Origin: an uncultured Rikenellaceae bacterium
Lineage (GTDB): Bacteria > Bacteroidota > Bacteroidia > Bacteroidales > VadinHA17
Assembly (NCBI GenBank): GCA_963770745.1
Contig: CAVYRA010000001.1
Span: 24,832 to 88,831, forward strand
Direction of reading: 5' to 3'
DNA: 64,000 nucleotides
The position numbers and the translations under genes are program-made. The notes beneath the pieces were generated by a model. The model was not told where the DNA came from and did not search any database. It saw only the letters and a program-made list of their open reading frames with translations. Positions 16,625-26,671 of the stretch are shown piece by piece; position 1 is the first letter of the stretch; the number at the start of each line of letters is the position of its first letter.

Positions 16625-17491
16625 TTATAAGCCTCTATCAAGTTTTTTCCAGATAGCTTTTATTGAATTGCTTATTTCTGCTTCAGGGTGCATCTCGGTA
16701 ATGCTCTTACCAGCCACCATGGCCTCAGTTACCCGCCTGTCAAAGGGCAAACGTCCGAGCAGAGTGCTTCCCTGTGCTGCACACCAGCCCTCGATCCTGT
16801 CAGCCATAGCCTCATTCAGGTCAAACTTGTTGATGATAATTCCTACCTCACCGCTGAATTTGCGTGCCACTTCGTGTACTCTCTTCAGGTCGGCCAGTCC
16901 TGACATGGTAGGTTCGGTTACGATGACAATTCTATCCACACCCGTTACTGTTGAGATCACCGGGCATCCTATTCCCGGAGGGCCGTCAAGCAGGACGTTA
17001 TTCATCCCCTTCACTGCAGCAACCCTCTTCGCCTCATCCCTCACCATGCTGACGAGCTTGCCCGAATTCTCCTCTCCCGGCGCCAGGCGGCCGTATACCA
17101 TCATCCCGTTGCGGAATGGTCCCGAATACATCCGGCTCCTGTCGCTGCGAACCATTGTGATTGCGCCCATTGGACATATGCGTGAACAGAAAAAGCATCC
17201 GTCGCATGATGTCTCCGAGATGGCTATCTTCCCCTCCTTTTCACTTATGGCATCAAACCGGCAGTACCCTTCGCATATACCGCATACGGTACACAGGGTA
17301 CTGTCCACCACAGCCTTATGGCCACCGATATAGACTACTTCCTTCTCATGTTCCGGGTTGAACAGAAGGTAGAGGTTGGCTGCATCCACATCACAGTCGG
17401 CCACCACCAGCTCCTGCCCGAGTGTCGCAAAAGCAGCCGTGATGCTTGATTTTCCCGTGCCTCCCTTACCGCTGATTACTGCCAGTTCCAT
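16625..17491 (-). CDS. MinD-superfamily P-loop ATPase with inserted 2[4Fe-4S] ferredoxin domain (COG1149-type)
   Basis: SGKGGTGKS, DCDVDAANL, CxxCxxCxxxC twice, GEENSGKLV and DGPPGIGCP. Confidence 0.9.
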   Translation of the reverse strand: MELAVISGKGGTGKSSITAAFATLGQELVVADCDVDAANLYLLFNPEHEKEVVYIGGHKAVVDSTLCTVCGICEGYCRFDAISEKEGKIAISETSCDGCFFCSRICPMGAITMVRSDRSRMYSGPFRNGMMVYGRLAPGEENSGKLVSMVRDEAKRVAAVKGMNNVLLDGPPGIGCPVISTVTGVDRIVIVTEPTMSGLADLKRVHEVARKFSGEVGIIINKFDLNEAMADRIEGWCAAQGSTLLGRLPFDRRVTEAMVAGKSITEMHPEAEISNSIKAIWKKLDRGL

Positions 17492-18338
17492 GATTATCTG
17501 TTATTTTGTCTGCCAGCTCAGTGAAGAGTCCGGCTAATGCCTTGTTTTCTCCGGCTGCCAGCCTGCCCTCCGAATATGCTCTTGCAATCTCATGATCATA
17601 GTTTATCTCCGCCAGCAACGGTATCTTTTCTTCTTCAAGGTACCTTCTCACGCTGGTGTCACCGATGTCGGCACGGTTGATGATCACGCTGCACGATTTA
17701 TTCATCGTCTTCAGTGTCTCCACACTTTGTTTCAGGTCGCTCAGCCCGAAGGGAGTCGGTTCAGTCACCAGTAATACATAGTCAGCTTTGTCTACAGTCT
17801 GCGCAAAGGGGCATGATGTGCCGGGCGGTGAGTCCAGGATAGTCACTCCTTCATTGCCCGCCTCCTTTATCGCAGCCTTTATCACCCTCACGGGAGACAT
17901 CTCGTTCACCCTCATGCGGGCTTCGATGAGTGGCGCCTCTCCTGATGCCTTGTATACAGTAACCGTTCCCAGTACAACAGGCTTTTCCGTAATGGCACCG
18001 GCGTTGCACGCGAAGCTGCATGCTCCGCAACCGTGACACAGGTTCTCTATCACCTCAATTACCTGTCGCCGACGGAACATAAAAGATAGCGTTGTAGTTG
18101 CACCACCTGCTGCAACGGCCGCACCATGTGCACGCGTCCTTATTGATGACGGGGACCTGGCGTGTAACATCCGATTCGGAGATCTTCTCAGCCGAAAGAA
18201 AAGAAGGTCGTCCGGCGCCTCTGCATCACAGTCGACCAGTGCGACCCTGTCGCCACGCCCGGCCAATACATGGAATAAGTTTGTGGCAACAAAGGTCTTT
18301 CCCGTACCGCCCTTGCCGCTTGCAACAGCAATCTTCAT
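17466..18338 (-). CDS. MinD-superfamily P-loop ATPase with ferredoxin insert (contains a compensated frameshift)
   Basis: SGKGGTGKT, DSPPGTSCP and VTEPTPFGLSDL. The first Fe-S motif CTWCGRCSRWC lies in another frame between ~18066 and ~18195. Confidence 0.85.
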   Translation of the reverse strand: MKIAVASGKGGTGKTFVATNLFHVLAGRGDRVALVDCDAEAPDDLLFFRLRRSPNRMLHARSPSSIRTRAHGAAVAAGGATTTLSFMFRRRQVIEVIENLCHGCGACSFACNAGAITEKPVVLGTVTVYKASGEAPLIEARMRVNEMSPVRVIKAAIKEAGNEGVTILDSPPGTSCPFAQTVDKADYVLLVTEPTPFGLSDLKQSVETLKTMNKSCSVIINRADIGDTSVRRYLEEEKIPLLAEINYDHEIARAYSEGRLAAGENKALAGLFTELADKITDNHGTGSNQR

Positions 18339-18348
18339 CCGTCAGCTT

Positions 18349-18792
18349 CTAATCGTATGCCAGCCTGATGGTTTCGTCAGCCAGCGTCGGTTTAATAAAC
18401 CGCTGCATGGCTGCTCCTTTCCAGGTGCCCAGGTTCATGTGGGTGGTGTAGTACTTCTGGGGGATAGGGTGAGTGCCTACAACCACCTCAATACCATACT
18501 TCTCAGGGATGAACCTGGTGAAGTAATCGAGTCTGGGACAGGGGGGATAACCTACAACCAATCCGGTAGCCAGGTGGATGACACTGACCCCGTTCTTTAT
18601 CATCTCCTCGGGGGTATATTCAATGTTCCCTCCAGGGCACCCGCCGCAAGTCGTGAAGGCTGCCACCTCTATATCCTGCTCCTTGTATCTGTCGAAGGCG
18701 CCCTCGCGGTTGCGGACGGCCCTGAAGCACTTGCCTCCGGCACAGGTGTGGTACCTGTCGCATATGATGATGCCAATCCTCTTCCTTTCCAT
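18349..18792 (-). CDS. CGGC domain protein
   Basis: IGIIIC...CAGGKC...TCGGCPG...IHLATG...PPCP...VVGTH. Confidence 0.85.
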   Translation of the reverse strand: MERKRIGIIICDRYHTCAGGKCFRAVRNREGAFDRYKEQDIEVAAFTTCGGCPGGNIEYTPEEMIKNGVSVIHLATGLVVGYPPCPRLDYFTRFIPEKYGIEVVVGTHPIPQKYYTTHMNLGTWKGAAMQRFIKPTLADETIRLAYD

Positions 18793-18801
18793 AGTGGTCT
18801 C

Positions 18802-19140
18802 TTAGTGATCACAATAGTTTGCCCCGGCCTGCAGCTTATCGTTAAGCAGGTCCGTTGCCAGTTCATCCGGACTTTTCACCGGTGCGCCGACAAAAACATT
18901 GATCTTATGGCTGTTAAAAAGGCCTATTGCCCTCTGTCCCATGCCACCTGCTATTACGTCAGTCACGCCTTTTTCTGCCAGCCATCCGGGAAGCAGTCCC
19001 GGTTCGTGAGGCGGGGGTGTGATGAGTGATTCTTCAGTGATGGCGTTGCCTTCGGCGTCCATTATCGCGAACTGTTCGCAATGGCCGAAATGTGAACAAA
19101 GGATCCCTCCCTCAAGAGGAATTGCTATACGTTTTTTCAT
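18802..19140 (-). CDS. NifB/NifX-family (FeMo-co binding-like) protein
   Basis: HFGHCEQF, PPHEPGLLP and IAGGMG motifs; C-terminal NYCDH. Confidence 0.85.
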   Translation of the reverse strand: MKKRIAIPLEGGILCSHFGHCEQFAIMDAEGNAITEESLITPPPHEPGLLPGWLAEKGVTDVIAGGMGQRAIGLFNSHKINVFVGAPVKSPDELATDLLNDKLQAGANYCDH

Positions 19141-19143
19141 GGC

Positions 19144-19479
19144 TTAAATACTTTTAATTCTGATTTTTGTTAACATATCTATTATTGACTGAATGGTCTT
19201 TTCCGGTTCCTTGTAAACTACCATCTGTATCTTTAGGCTGTCAAGCAGTGACTTAATCTTCACCCCAAACTCGCCGGAGATGATCTTCTTTACACTCCTT
19301 GATGCCACAAGCTGAACAGATGCCGGCCCTGCACCATCCTGGGCATCCCTGTTGGGATTGGGCAGTATTTCAACGCCACCGGTCTCAGTGTCATAGATTA
19401 CGAACCAGGAACAGCGGCCGAACCGCTGGTCAATTGTACTCTCCAGGCTGTTGCCTGTACTGGTGATTGCTACTTTCAT
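19144..19479 (-). CDS. NifB/NifX-family protein
   Basis: MKVAITSTG...IDQRFGRC...GAG...ISGEFG. Confidence 0.85.
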   Translation of the reverse strand: MKVAITSTGNSLESTIDQRFGRCSWFVIYDTETGGVEILPNPNRDAQDGAGPASVQLVASRSVKKIISGEFGVKIKSLLDSLKIQMVVYKEPEKTIQSIIDMLTKIRIKSI

Positions 19480-19491
19480 GTATTTATATAT

Positions 19492-20076
19492 TTATATATC
19501 CTTAGCTAAAAGGTTGTTTTTTCTTACGAGCCGACCGTTGCAAACGGGGCAGACCTGTTCCTTGCAGGGTTGTGCCGGTTCATGAAGCTTCTCATACCCG
19601 CAGCCGGGACAGACACATTTTTCTGAACACTGGCGGTGCGTCACGGTCATATCTTCATTCATGGATTCACAGTTCTCAATCTTATCGCTGCCGCAAAGAG
19701 GACATGTGAGCACCTCTATATTTTTCTCAGGCTGGTTAAAATAGCAGCCGCATGAGTTACAGGTATACCAGTCACTGTCGAAATAGATCTTACCGCCTTC
19801 TATGATTATCTGCTTGCCGGCAACGAGGGCTTCGGCTATCTTGGCTCTCGCCCTGGCATATATACGGGTAAGTGTAGGTCTCGATACGTCCATGACCTTT
19901 GAAGCCTCATGATGATTCATATGCTCATAATCGCAGAGACGGATCACCTCATACTCCTCAAAATGGAGAAAGACAGAGCCTGCTGTTTCAGCTTGCGCCT
20001 TGCCACCGTAAGGTTTAAAGCCCGATATAACCGGAGGGTTGCTTACTCTTCTTAATCTTGTTGGTCGCGGTGACAT
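19492..20076 (-). CDS. DUF134 HTH DNA-binding protein with Cys-rich metal-binding C-terminus
   Basis: MSPRPTRLRRV, EEYEVIRLCD, MDVSRPTLTRIY...ARAKIAEAL, then four CxxC motifs. Confidence 0.85.
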   Translation of the reverse strand: MSPRPTRLRRVSNPPVISGFKPYGGKAQAETAGSVFLHFEEYEVIRLCDYEHMNHHEASKVMDVSRPTLTRIYARARAKIAEALVAGKQIIIEGGKIYFDSDWYTCNSCGCYFNQPEKNIEVLTCPLCGSDKIENCESMNEDMTVTHRQCSEKCVCPGCGYEKLHEPAQPCKEQVCPVCNGRLVRKNNLLAKDI

Positions 20077-20080
20077 TTTA

Positions 20081-20129
20081 TGATCATTTGTTCACTACAA
20101 AGTTAATGATCATATGTTCATAATGCAAA
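20081..20129 (-). promoter_or_regulatory. Promoter (TTTG-N20-TAACTTTG) flanked by two near-palindromic TGA(A/T)CATATG(T/A)TCA boxes
   Basis: Boxes at 20081-20094 and 20107-20120; -7 box at 20098-20105; -33 TTTG at 20126-20129. Confidence 0.7.
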
Positions 20130-20341
20130 TATTTTGCAGATTTTCTACTGAATTAAAATAAGCAGGAGATAATTCATCCGGATTTCAGGAAGGCGTATTC
20201 GCAGACACATCCTCTGTAGTACCGGACCGGAACCAGTTTCAGTTGAACAATAAAGCTTAACCCTGCGGAGAAAAATTTCAATAATCTCATTATATTTGCG
20301 GCGATTAATTCGTATATTTGCCACAAGCTCAATAATTAAAA

Positions 20342-21436
20342 ATGGCGAAATATATTTATCAATACGAACAGTGGCCACATTTCACATGGGATGACAGGGA
20401 AGTAAACGGAATCCTGGGAAGAGTGCGCCATTTGCAGGGAAAGATCATGGGACAAATGGCCTCCCTGGGCTTTTTCATGAAAGAGGAAGCACTGCTGTCT
20501 ACTCTTACAACTGATGTGATAAAATCATCCGAGATTGAGGGTGAAAAATTGAACTATGAACAGGTCCGTTCCTCTATTGCCAGAAGACTGGGGATGGAAT
20601 ATGCCGGAATGATAGCTGCAACAAGAGACGTTGACGGCGTGGTTGAAATGATGCTGGATGCTACACAGAACTTTAATGAACAATTGACCGAAGAACGGTT
20701 GTTAGGTTGGCAGGCAGCATTATTCCCATCAGGGTGGAGTGGAATACAAAGGGTAGATGCCGGATCCTGGCGAAAGGGGGTTATGCAGGTAGTCTCCGGC
20801 CCCCTGGGTAAAGAAAAGATCCATTATCTGGCCCCTGCACCAGAGAGAGTGAAACAAGAAATGGACCTGTTCCTGGAATGGTTTAATGCTGAATCAAAAC
20901 AAGATGCTGTACTAAAAGCAGCCATAGCGCATTTCTGGTTTATCATTATACATCCTTTCGATGATGGCAATGGTCGTATTGCGAGGGCGCTATCTGATAT
21001 GTTACTGGCACGTTCTGAAGGTAGCCCACAAAGATTCTATAGTCTCTCGAACCAGGTGCTAATTGAGAAAAAGGGTTATTACGCAGTTTTACAAAATGTC
21101 CAGCATAGCAACCGGGATATTACAGAATGGCTGAAATGGTTCCTGAATTGCCTGCATCATGCATTGGAAACTACAGAAAAAACAATGCATAACGCACTTC
21201 AAAAAGCAGATTTCTGGGATAGACATAAAGAGACTTTGTTAAACGGCAGGCAAAGACTTATGCTGAACAAGCTTCTGGATGGGTTTGATGGAAAACTAAG
21301 AACATCAAAATGGGCCAAAATCACAAAATGCTCAGCCGACACCGCCCTGAGAGATATCCATGATTTAATTGAAAAAGGCATATTGAGAAAGGAAGAATCA
21401 GGTGGAAGAAGCACAAATTATGGACTAATTACCTGA
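20342..21436 (+). CDS. Fic family protein with N-terminal DUF4172 and C-terminal HTH
   Basis: YIYQYEQWPHFTW N-terminus, HPFDDGNGRIAR Fic motif and GGRSTNY C-terminus. Confidence 0.92.
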   Translation: MAKYIYQYEQWPHFTWDDREVNGILGRVRHLQGKIMGQMASLGFFMKEEALLSTLTTDVIKSSEIEGEKLNYEQVRSSIARRLGMEYAGMIAATRDVDGVVEMMLDATQNFNEQLTEERLLGWQAALFPSGWSGIQRVDAGSWRKGVMQVVSGPLGKEKIHYLAPAPERVKQEMDLFLEWFNAESKQDAVLKAAIAHFWFIIIHPFDDGNGRIARALSDMLLARSEGSPQRFYSLSNQVLIEKKGYYAVLQNVQHSNRDITEWLKWFLNCLHHALETTEKTMHNALQKADFWDRHKETLLNGRQRLMLNKLLDGFDGKLRTSKWAKITKCSADTALRDIHDLIEKGILRKEESGGRSTNYGLIT

Positions 21437-21503
21437 TAGAAAATGTACTGCCGGGCTGCCATAGTATCCGATTAGGACTTCACCTGTATATCTGCCAGCA
21501 TTC

Positions 21504-22586
21504 CTATTTTAAGAACCTGACGCATGACGGGGCATTGAGAGTCAGTGTTGAAACTGCCCCATCACTGTTCTCCCCTTCAGGCAGAACGGAAATCTCATTT
21601 GATCTCTGGTTTGCAACCAGGAAATATTTTCCGTTACGCGTTACTGCAAAGTTACGCGGCCAGTTGCCACCGCAGTCCTGGTGAGACGGCTCCGAAAGCT
21701 TACCATCTGCTCCGACGCTGAAGGTCACAATGCTGTTATGACCACGGTTTGATCCGTAGATCTTTTTTCCGTTGCGCGACAGGTGGATGTCTGCACAGTA
21801 ACTTTTTTCGGAGTAGCCTTCTGGCAGGGTGCTGAAAGTCTTCTTTACAGTTACTGTATCGGACAGGATGTTGTATACTGAGACTGAAGAATTCAGCTCA
21901 TTGATAACATACAGGTTCGCACTTGTCCTGTCTATTGCCATATGCCTTGGACCGCTTCCCGGTTCACAGCTGAACGACGCAACGGCAGCATTCATTAGCA
22001 GACCCAATGTTGTGTCAAGCTTTAACTGGTGTACTTTGTCAAGCCCGAGGTCTGTGACATAATATGTATGAAGTCGCGGGTTATAGATAGTCATATGCGG
22101 GTGCGACCTTTCACCATAAAATATCACATCTGTGACCTTTTCCGGTATCCCTTCGCTGCTCAGCCTGACGACAGATACTGAACCGCTTCCGTAGTTGGCC
22201 GTGATGAGGTATTGCCCGTCGTGAGAGACCGTGATATGGCACGGTCCTCCCCCGCCCTGATTGAGGGAGCCGACTTTCTCAAAACTTCTGTTTTTATTAT
22301 CATACCGCAGTGTGGTGATGCCTCCCCCGGCTTTCAGGTCAAAGGAGTCAGCCTCATTGACGAAATATGCCAGGCCGTCCCTGCCGAAGGTAAAAAACGA
22401 AGGGTTATCACCGACATTTATCTCCGAAAGCTTTTCAATGCTGCCGTTGCCGTTAAGCCTGCAGAGCAGAACATCAGCCTCACCGTCTGCCGAATAACCT
22501 GATGCGATGAACATTTTATCAGCTTTATTGCATGACAGCAATAACGCAGGCAGCGCAACCATCAGAACAAGTATTTGATTTCTCAT
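21504..22586 (-). CDS. Lactonase family protein (6-phosphogluconolactonase/YbhE-like, 7-bladed propeller)
   Basis: NPSF, GPCHI, ANYGSG, SHPH, DLGLD, GSGPRH, SNRGHNSI and WPRNF motifs; lipoprotein signal. Confidence 0.88.
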   Translation of the reverse strand: MRNQILVLMVALPALLLSCNKADKMFIASGYSADGEADVLLCRLNGNGSIEKLSEINVGDNPSFFTFGRDGLAYFVNEADSFDLKAGGGITTLRYDNKNRSFEKVGSLNQGGGGPCHITVSHDGQYLITANYGSGSVSVVRLSSEGIPEKVTDVIFYGERSHPHMTIYNPRLHTYYVTDLGLDKVHQLKLDTTLGLLMNAAVASFSCEPGSGPRHMAIDRTSANLYVINELNSSVSVYNILSDTVTVKKTFSTLPEGYSEKSYCADIHLSRNGKKIYGSNRGHNSIVTFSVGADGKLSEPSHQDCGGNWPRNFAVTRNGKYFLVANQRSNEISVLPEGENSDGAVSTLTLNAPSCVRFLK

Positions 22587-22601
22587 TGAATGATTTATTT
22601 C

Positions 22602-23234
22602 TCATTGAACTATTTTGACTTTGCGTTTCCACTGAATAAACCCGTAGACAGCCATAGCAAGGAAAATCATATACTGCACTGAAACCAGCATAATTCCTCT
22701 CATAGCATACATGGCGATGCTCATGACATTGACAAGTATCCAGAGTACCCAGTTCTCGAGCTTAAGCCTGGCGCACAGCAGTGAGGCGGAAATGCTCATC
22801 ACTGCAATCATTGCGTCAGTATAAACAAATGTGGCCCGCACGGGGAACATATCCGGAAGCCACAGATGAATTCGTGACATGACCGTCCCCATGGTAAAAG
22901 CCCCGGCTATTACGGCGACTACCCAGAAAACCCTGCCCTTATGGCTCAGCAAGGTGACGGGTTCATCACCGTTACTGCTCTGCCTTTTCCAGTTGAACCA
23001 GCCATAGATGGCGTTGATGAAGAAGAAGAGCTGCAGGATCATCGCCGAATAAAGATTCACCTGGTAATAGAGCATTAAGAAAAGAACAGCATTAATAAGT
23101 GCAAAGATCCAGGTGATGATGTTTGCCCTGGCTGCAAACCATACTGCTGACAGCCCGGTGAGAACCGCAAGCAGCTCCAGGAGGCTCATGCGGTAGCCGA
23201 GGAGTTCGAAGAGGATTGAATCAATGTCAAACAT
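22602..23234 (-). CDS. pnuC: PnuC-family nicotinamide riboside/vitamin transporter
   Basis: Hydrophobic protein with YGWFNW, DAMIAVMS, LENWVLW and YGFIQW motifs. Confidence 0.85.
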   Translation of the reverse strand: MFDIDSILFELLGYRMSLLELLAVLTGLSAVWFAARANIITWIFALINAVLFLMLYYQVNLYSAMILQLFFFINAIYGWFNWKRQSSNGDEPVTLLSHKGRVFWVVAVIAGAFTMGTVMSRIHLWLPDMFPVRATFVYTDAMIAVMSISASLLCARLKLENWVLWILVNVMSIAMYAMRGIMLVSVQYMIFLAMAVYGFIQWKRKVKIVQ

Positions 23235-23482
23235 GTCTGAAGGTCTGTCGCTTCGCTCCGTCTGAAGGTTTAAGGTCCTGCAGTCTTGCGGTCTTGCGGT
23301 CTTGCGGTCATCAATTTAAAAAAATATCAGGGGTAAAGTTAATTAATCAAGCGAGAAAGTGAGGTAGATTTGTGTAGATGACAACAGCAAAACAGGTCTG
23401 AATCTACAGATGATACTTACAAATTTCGACCGCTTTTCAATTTCAGGACAGATTGATTAGCTTTAACCCTGATTAAGCAAGG

Positions 23483-25267
23483 ATGTCACCACGTGAGGTT
23501 TATACTATTAGAGAAGCTGAATTCAGCGCATCTGCCGAACGGCTTGGGAAGCTGTCCGACCGCCTGTCATTAGCCCGGCTGGCAGCCTTCATCGGGGGAC
23601 TGATCCTTTTCGCAGTGCTCCTGTCAGTCTCTTTAGTTGCCGCTGTCACCGCCCTGACACTGGCCCTGATCCTCTTAGCCTGGCTGGTGATCAGGTACGA
23701 AACGACAGAGAAAAGCAGGAAGCGATTTCTACACCTGGCGGAAATCAACAGACTTGAGATGAAGTGCATCGACGGCGACTTCTCCGGATATAAGCCCGGA
23801 GACGAATACATCGAGAGGGACCACCCCTATTCATATGACCTGGACATCTTCGGGAAGGCATCACTTTTTCAGTATATATGCCGAACCACCAGCAAGCCGG
23901 CCTCTGACCTGCTGGCAGAGTACCTGAAACAATCTGCTTCCCGGGAAGAGATACTGCGGCGCCAGGAGGCTGTCACAGAACTGCAGCCTCTGACGGATTG
24001 GAGACAGGAGCTGATGACCCTCGGTTACCTGAATGCCGGTGCCGGCAACGATCCGGCGCACCTGATGCAGTGGCTCAGGAGTGATGACACCTTTCCGAAA
24101 ACAAGTCGCGAGAAGATAATAACCGGTTGCCTCAGCCTTCTGGCCATGGCGTCCGTCATACTCGTCATAGCAGGATGGCCCGTTGCAATACTTTTCCCGA
24201 TGTTTACTGTCAACTTCATCTTTTATTTCACACGGTTCAAAAGGATCTCAAAACTCCAGGAACAGGTGAGCCGGTCATCAGACCTGCTCAGATCATACTC
24301 CGAGATCATAAGACTGATCGAAAACGAGAAGTTTACAGCTGCAAAACTCCTGGCCCTGCAGGGATCATTCAAAGACAGCAATCCTGCCTCAAATCGCATC
24401 AGGCAACTTTCAAAGCTGGTCGGCAGGCTCGACTGGAGGTTGAATATGCTTCTATCCGCCCCACTCAACCTGCTGTTCTTCACTGATATACATTTTTGCC
24501 TCGCTCTTGAAAGGTGGAAGCGTGAGCATGCCCTGCGGATCCCTGGATGGTTTGCCGCAATGGCTGAATTTGAGGTGGTGGCATCGATTGCCAATACGAC
24601 TTACAACAATCCCGGCTGGGTATTTCCGACTTTAACTGATGACTATTTTGTATTCCGTACGGAGAAGATGGGCCATCCGCTGATACCTGCCGAGAGGCGG
24701 ATCAGCAATGATTTTTCGGTTGAGGGTCCGGGAAAGGCGATAGTGATAACAGGGTCGAACATGTCGGGCAAGAGCACCTTCCTGCGTACCTGCGGGATAA
24801 ATGCCGTGCTGGCTTTTGCCGGGGCGCCGGTATGTGCTTCATCATTCACGGTCTCGCATGTCAGGCTCCATTCCAGCATGCGCATATCCGATTCACTTGA
24901 AGAGAATATATCTTCATTCTATGCCGAACTTCGGCGACTCAGGGCCATCATCTCCGCAGCCGAATCCGACCCAAAGGCATTTCTCCTGCTCGATGAGATA
25001 CTCCGCGGCACCAACTCAGACGACCGCTATACGGGATCTGTGGCGCTGATCAGGCAGCTCACCGGCTACGGTTCGGTAGCCATGGTTGCAACACATGACC
25101 TCCGCCTTGCCGGCCTGGAGAAAGAACTTCCGGACAACATTGAAAACTACCATTTCGATGTAAAGGTTAGCGGCGAGGAGCTCTTCTTCGACTACAGGCT
25201 GACACCGGGGGTATGCTCAAGCTTCAATGCGTCATTGCTGATGAAGAAGATGGGGATCAGGGTCTGA
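23483..25267 (+). CDS. MutS-related ATPase (MutS domain V with N-terminal TM segments)
   Basis: HPYSYDLDIFG, ITGSNMSGKSTFLR, SFYAELRRL, LLDEILRGTNS and ATHDL. Confidence 0.9.
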   Translation: MSPREVYTIREAEFSASAERLGKLSDRLSLARLAAFIGGLILFAVLLSVSLVAAVTALTLALILLAWLVIRYETTEKSRKRFLHLAEINRLEMKCIDGDFSGYKPGDEYIERDHPYSYDLDIFGKASLFQYICRTTSKPASDLLAEYLKQSASREEILRRQEAVTELQPLTDWRQELMTLGYLNAGAGNDPAHLMQWLRSDDTFPKTSREKIITGCLSLLAMASVILVIAGWPVAILFPMFTVNFIFYFTRFKRISKLQEQVSRSSDLLRSYSEIIRLIENEKFTAAKLLALQGSFKDSNPASNRIRQLSKLVGRLDWRLNMLLSAPLNLLFFTDIHFCLALERWKREHALRIPGWFAAMAEFEVVASIANTTYNNPGWVFPTLTDDYFVFRTEKMGHPLIPAERRISNDFSVEGPGKAIVITGSNMSGKSTFLRTCGINAVLAFAGAPVCASSFTVSHVRLHSSMRISDSLEENISSFYAELRRLRAIISAAESDPKAFLLLDEILRGTNSDDRYTGSVALIRQLTGYGSVAMVATHDLRLAGLEKELPDNIENYHFDVKVSGEELFFDYRLTPGVCSSFNASLLMKKMGIRV

Positions 25268-25325
25268 AAGTCAATAAAGGCGAAAGTCCGCAATGGCGAA
25301 AGTCCGTAAAGTCCACAAAGTCTGA
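25266..25325 (+). repeat. Degenerate AAAGTC short-unit repeats after the MutS-like stop codon
   Basis: Five AAAGTC units in ~60 bp; the same unit occurs at 198-240 and 38378-38430. Confidence 0.65.
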
Positions 25326-25438
25326 ATTTTCCGATGCACTTCGTTATCGGGATTAAGTCTCCGCTTATTGTGGAGCCTCAATCTGAGGTCTGAAAGCCTT
25401 TTACTGGAAGATTTCTTTTACTATAATGAAAGAAATAA

Positions 25439-26533
25439 TTACCTCTCCCGTCTTTCCTTTAACCATCTGCTGAAAAACGGATCGTCGAGCTCATACTTAT
25501 CTGTTTTTATAACATAACCACCAGTCATCAATCTCTTCAGGCTGCTAAAGACAGTACTTGAGGCACTTAAGTCCCAAATGCGCATAAAATCAGCAGTAAG
25601 AGGCTGTTGTTCAGATATTGAGAGGCCCAGCAATACTTTACGATCAGTACTATTAAAACTCAGCCATATCCTTTCATAATCCATGTCATGCATCCGGATT
25701 AACTCACTTACAGAATCATCAACATACTTATTCGACTGTCCGCGGCCTGACGCCACCATTTCCCATACAGTGAATGCCAACTGCTGTGTGTAATAAGGGT
25801 GACCATGGGTCACTTCCAGAACTTCTCCTGCAACCATGCCAGGTTCATCATGGATTCCAGTGAAACCCATTTCCAGGTACTCACTGAATTCTCCAATATC
25901 AATTTTTTTGAGATACATAACCATCGCAAAATGATAGAAAGGTGATTTCTTCTTTTGGAAAACCTCACGAATGAGACTCTCTTGTGAACCCAGAAATACA
26001 TAATTGATCATTTTGTGTTGCTGCATGATAGCCCGTAACTGATTCAACAGGTTTTCATCAAGTCTGCGTGCCTCCTGAAACTCATCAAAAACAATAATCA
26101 GTTTCTTCTTTTCTGTGCTCAACTTTTCAGCCAGATTCAGCACATCCTCCAAAATCGGTAGAGTCGCGACACCTGGCATGAATGATACATCAACACTGCC
26201 GGTTACCGCATTCAGTGAAAGTTGTGGAATGATGCGGAATCTTTTCAGGTGCTGTTTTAGTCTTGTTTGAGGGAAGATCCTGTAAATCCGCCTGAGCATC
26301 TGAGCTGCAAGATCAGCCGGGCTTGTCATTAACTGCATATCCAGGGCAATAACCGGCCTCCCCAACGATGATACTGCTTTATTTATCAGGCTTGATTTAC
26401 CCATGCGTCGTGGTGAGATCAAGACCAAATGATTCTCGCCCGAAAGAATGGAAGTTACTTTTTTTATCTCATTCTTACGATTTATAAAGAAGGGATCATC
26501 AACAACAGTTCCAAATTTGAAGGGGTTTTTCAT
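25439..26533 (-). CDS. AAA/archaeal-type ATPase (ATPase_2-like) with C-terminal winged helix
   Basis: NPFKFG, FINRKNE, SPRRMGKSSL, VFDEFQ, FLGS, GHPYYTQ and DPFFSRW; visibly AT-richer than its flanks. Confidence 0.85.
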   Translation of the reverse strand: MKNPFKFGTVVDDPFFINRKNEIKKVTSILSGENHLVLISPRRMGKSSLINKAVSSLGRPVIALDMQLMTSPADLAAQMLRRIYRIFPQTRLKQHLKRFRIIPQLSLNAVTGSVDVSFMPGVATLPILEDVLNLAEKLSTEKKKLIIVFDEFQEARRLDENLLNQLRAIMQQHKMINYVFLGSQESLIREVFQKKKSPFYHFAMVMYLKKIDIGEFSEYLEMGFTGIHDEPGMVAGEVLEVTHGHPYYTQQLAFTVWEMVASGRGQSNKYVDDSVSELIRMHDMDYERIWLSFNSTDRKVLLGLSISEQQPLTADFMRIWDLSASSTVFSSLKRLMTGGYVIKTDKYELDDPFFSRWLKERRER

Positions 26534-26539
26534 TTCTTA

Positions 26540-26592
26540 TTGCGATATTATTCGTTGCGATTATTTTCGTTGCGTATATTATCGCAAATATA
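26540..26592 (-). promoter_or_regulatory. Three 15-bp tandem repeats between the -7 box and the ATPase start codon
   Basis: TTGCGATATTATTCG / TTGCGATTATTTTCG / TTGCGTATATTATCG, followed by CAAATATA (TATATTTG on the minus strand). Confidence 0.65.
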
Positions 26593-26671
26593 ATATATTA
26601 ATTTTTATCTTAAGCTTTCATGTTCACATTTTTGATACTAAGCAGTCCACCTTCAACGCGTCGCTGCTGCG

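Noticed and set aside
18802-19479. Nitrogen fixation cluster
   Set aside because: NifX-like domains only; no nifHDK or nifEN in the window.
20145-20378. 77-aa minus-strand ORF, and the many other short antisense ORFs in the track
   Set aside because: They overlap promoters or well-supported genes on the opposite strand and show no family motifs.
23235-23480. TPP or other riboswitch upstream of pnuC
   Set aside because: No recognisable aptamer consensus; only short GTCTTGCG tandem repeats and a GCTTCGC mini-motif.
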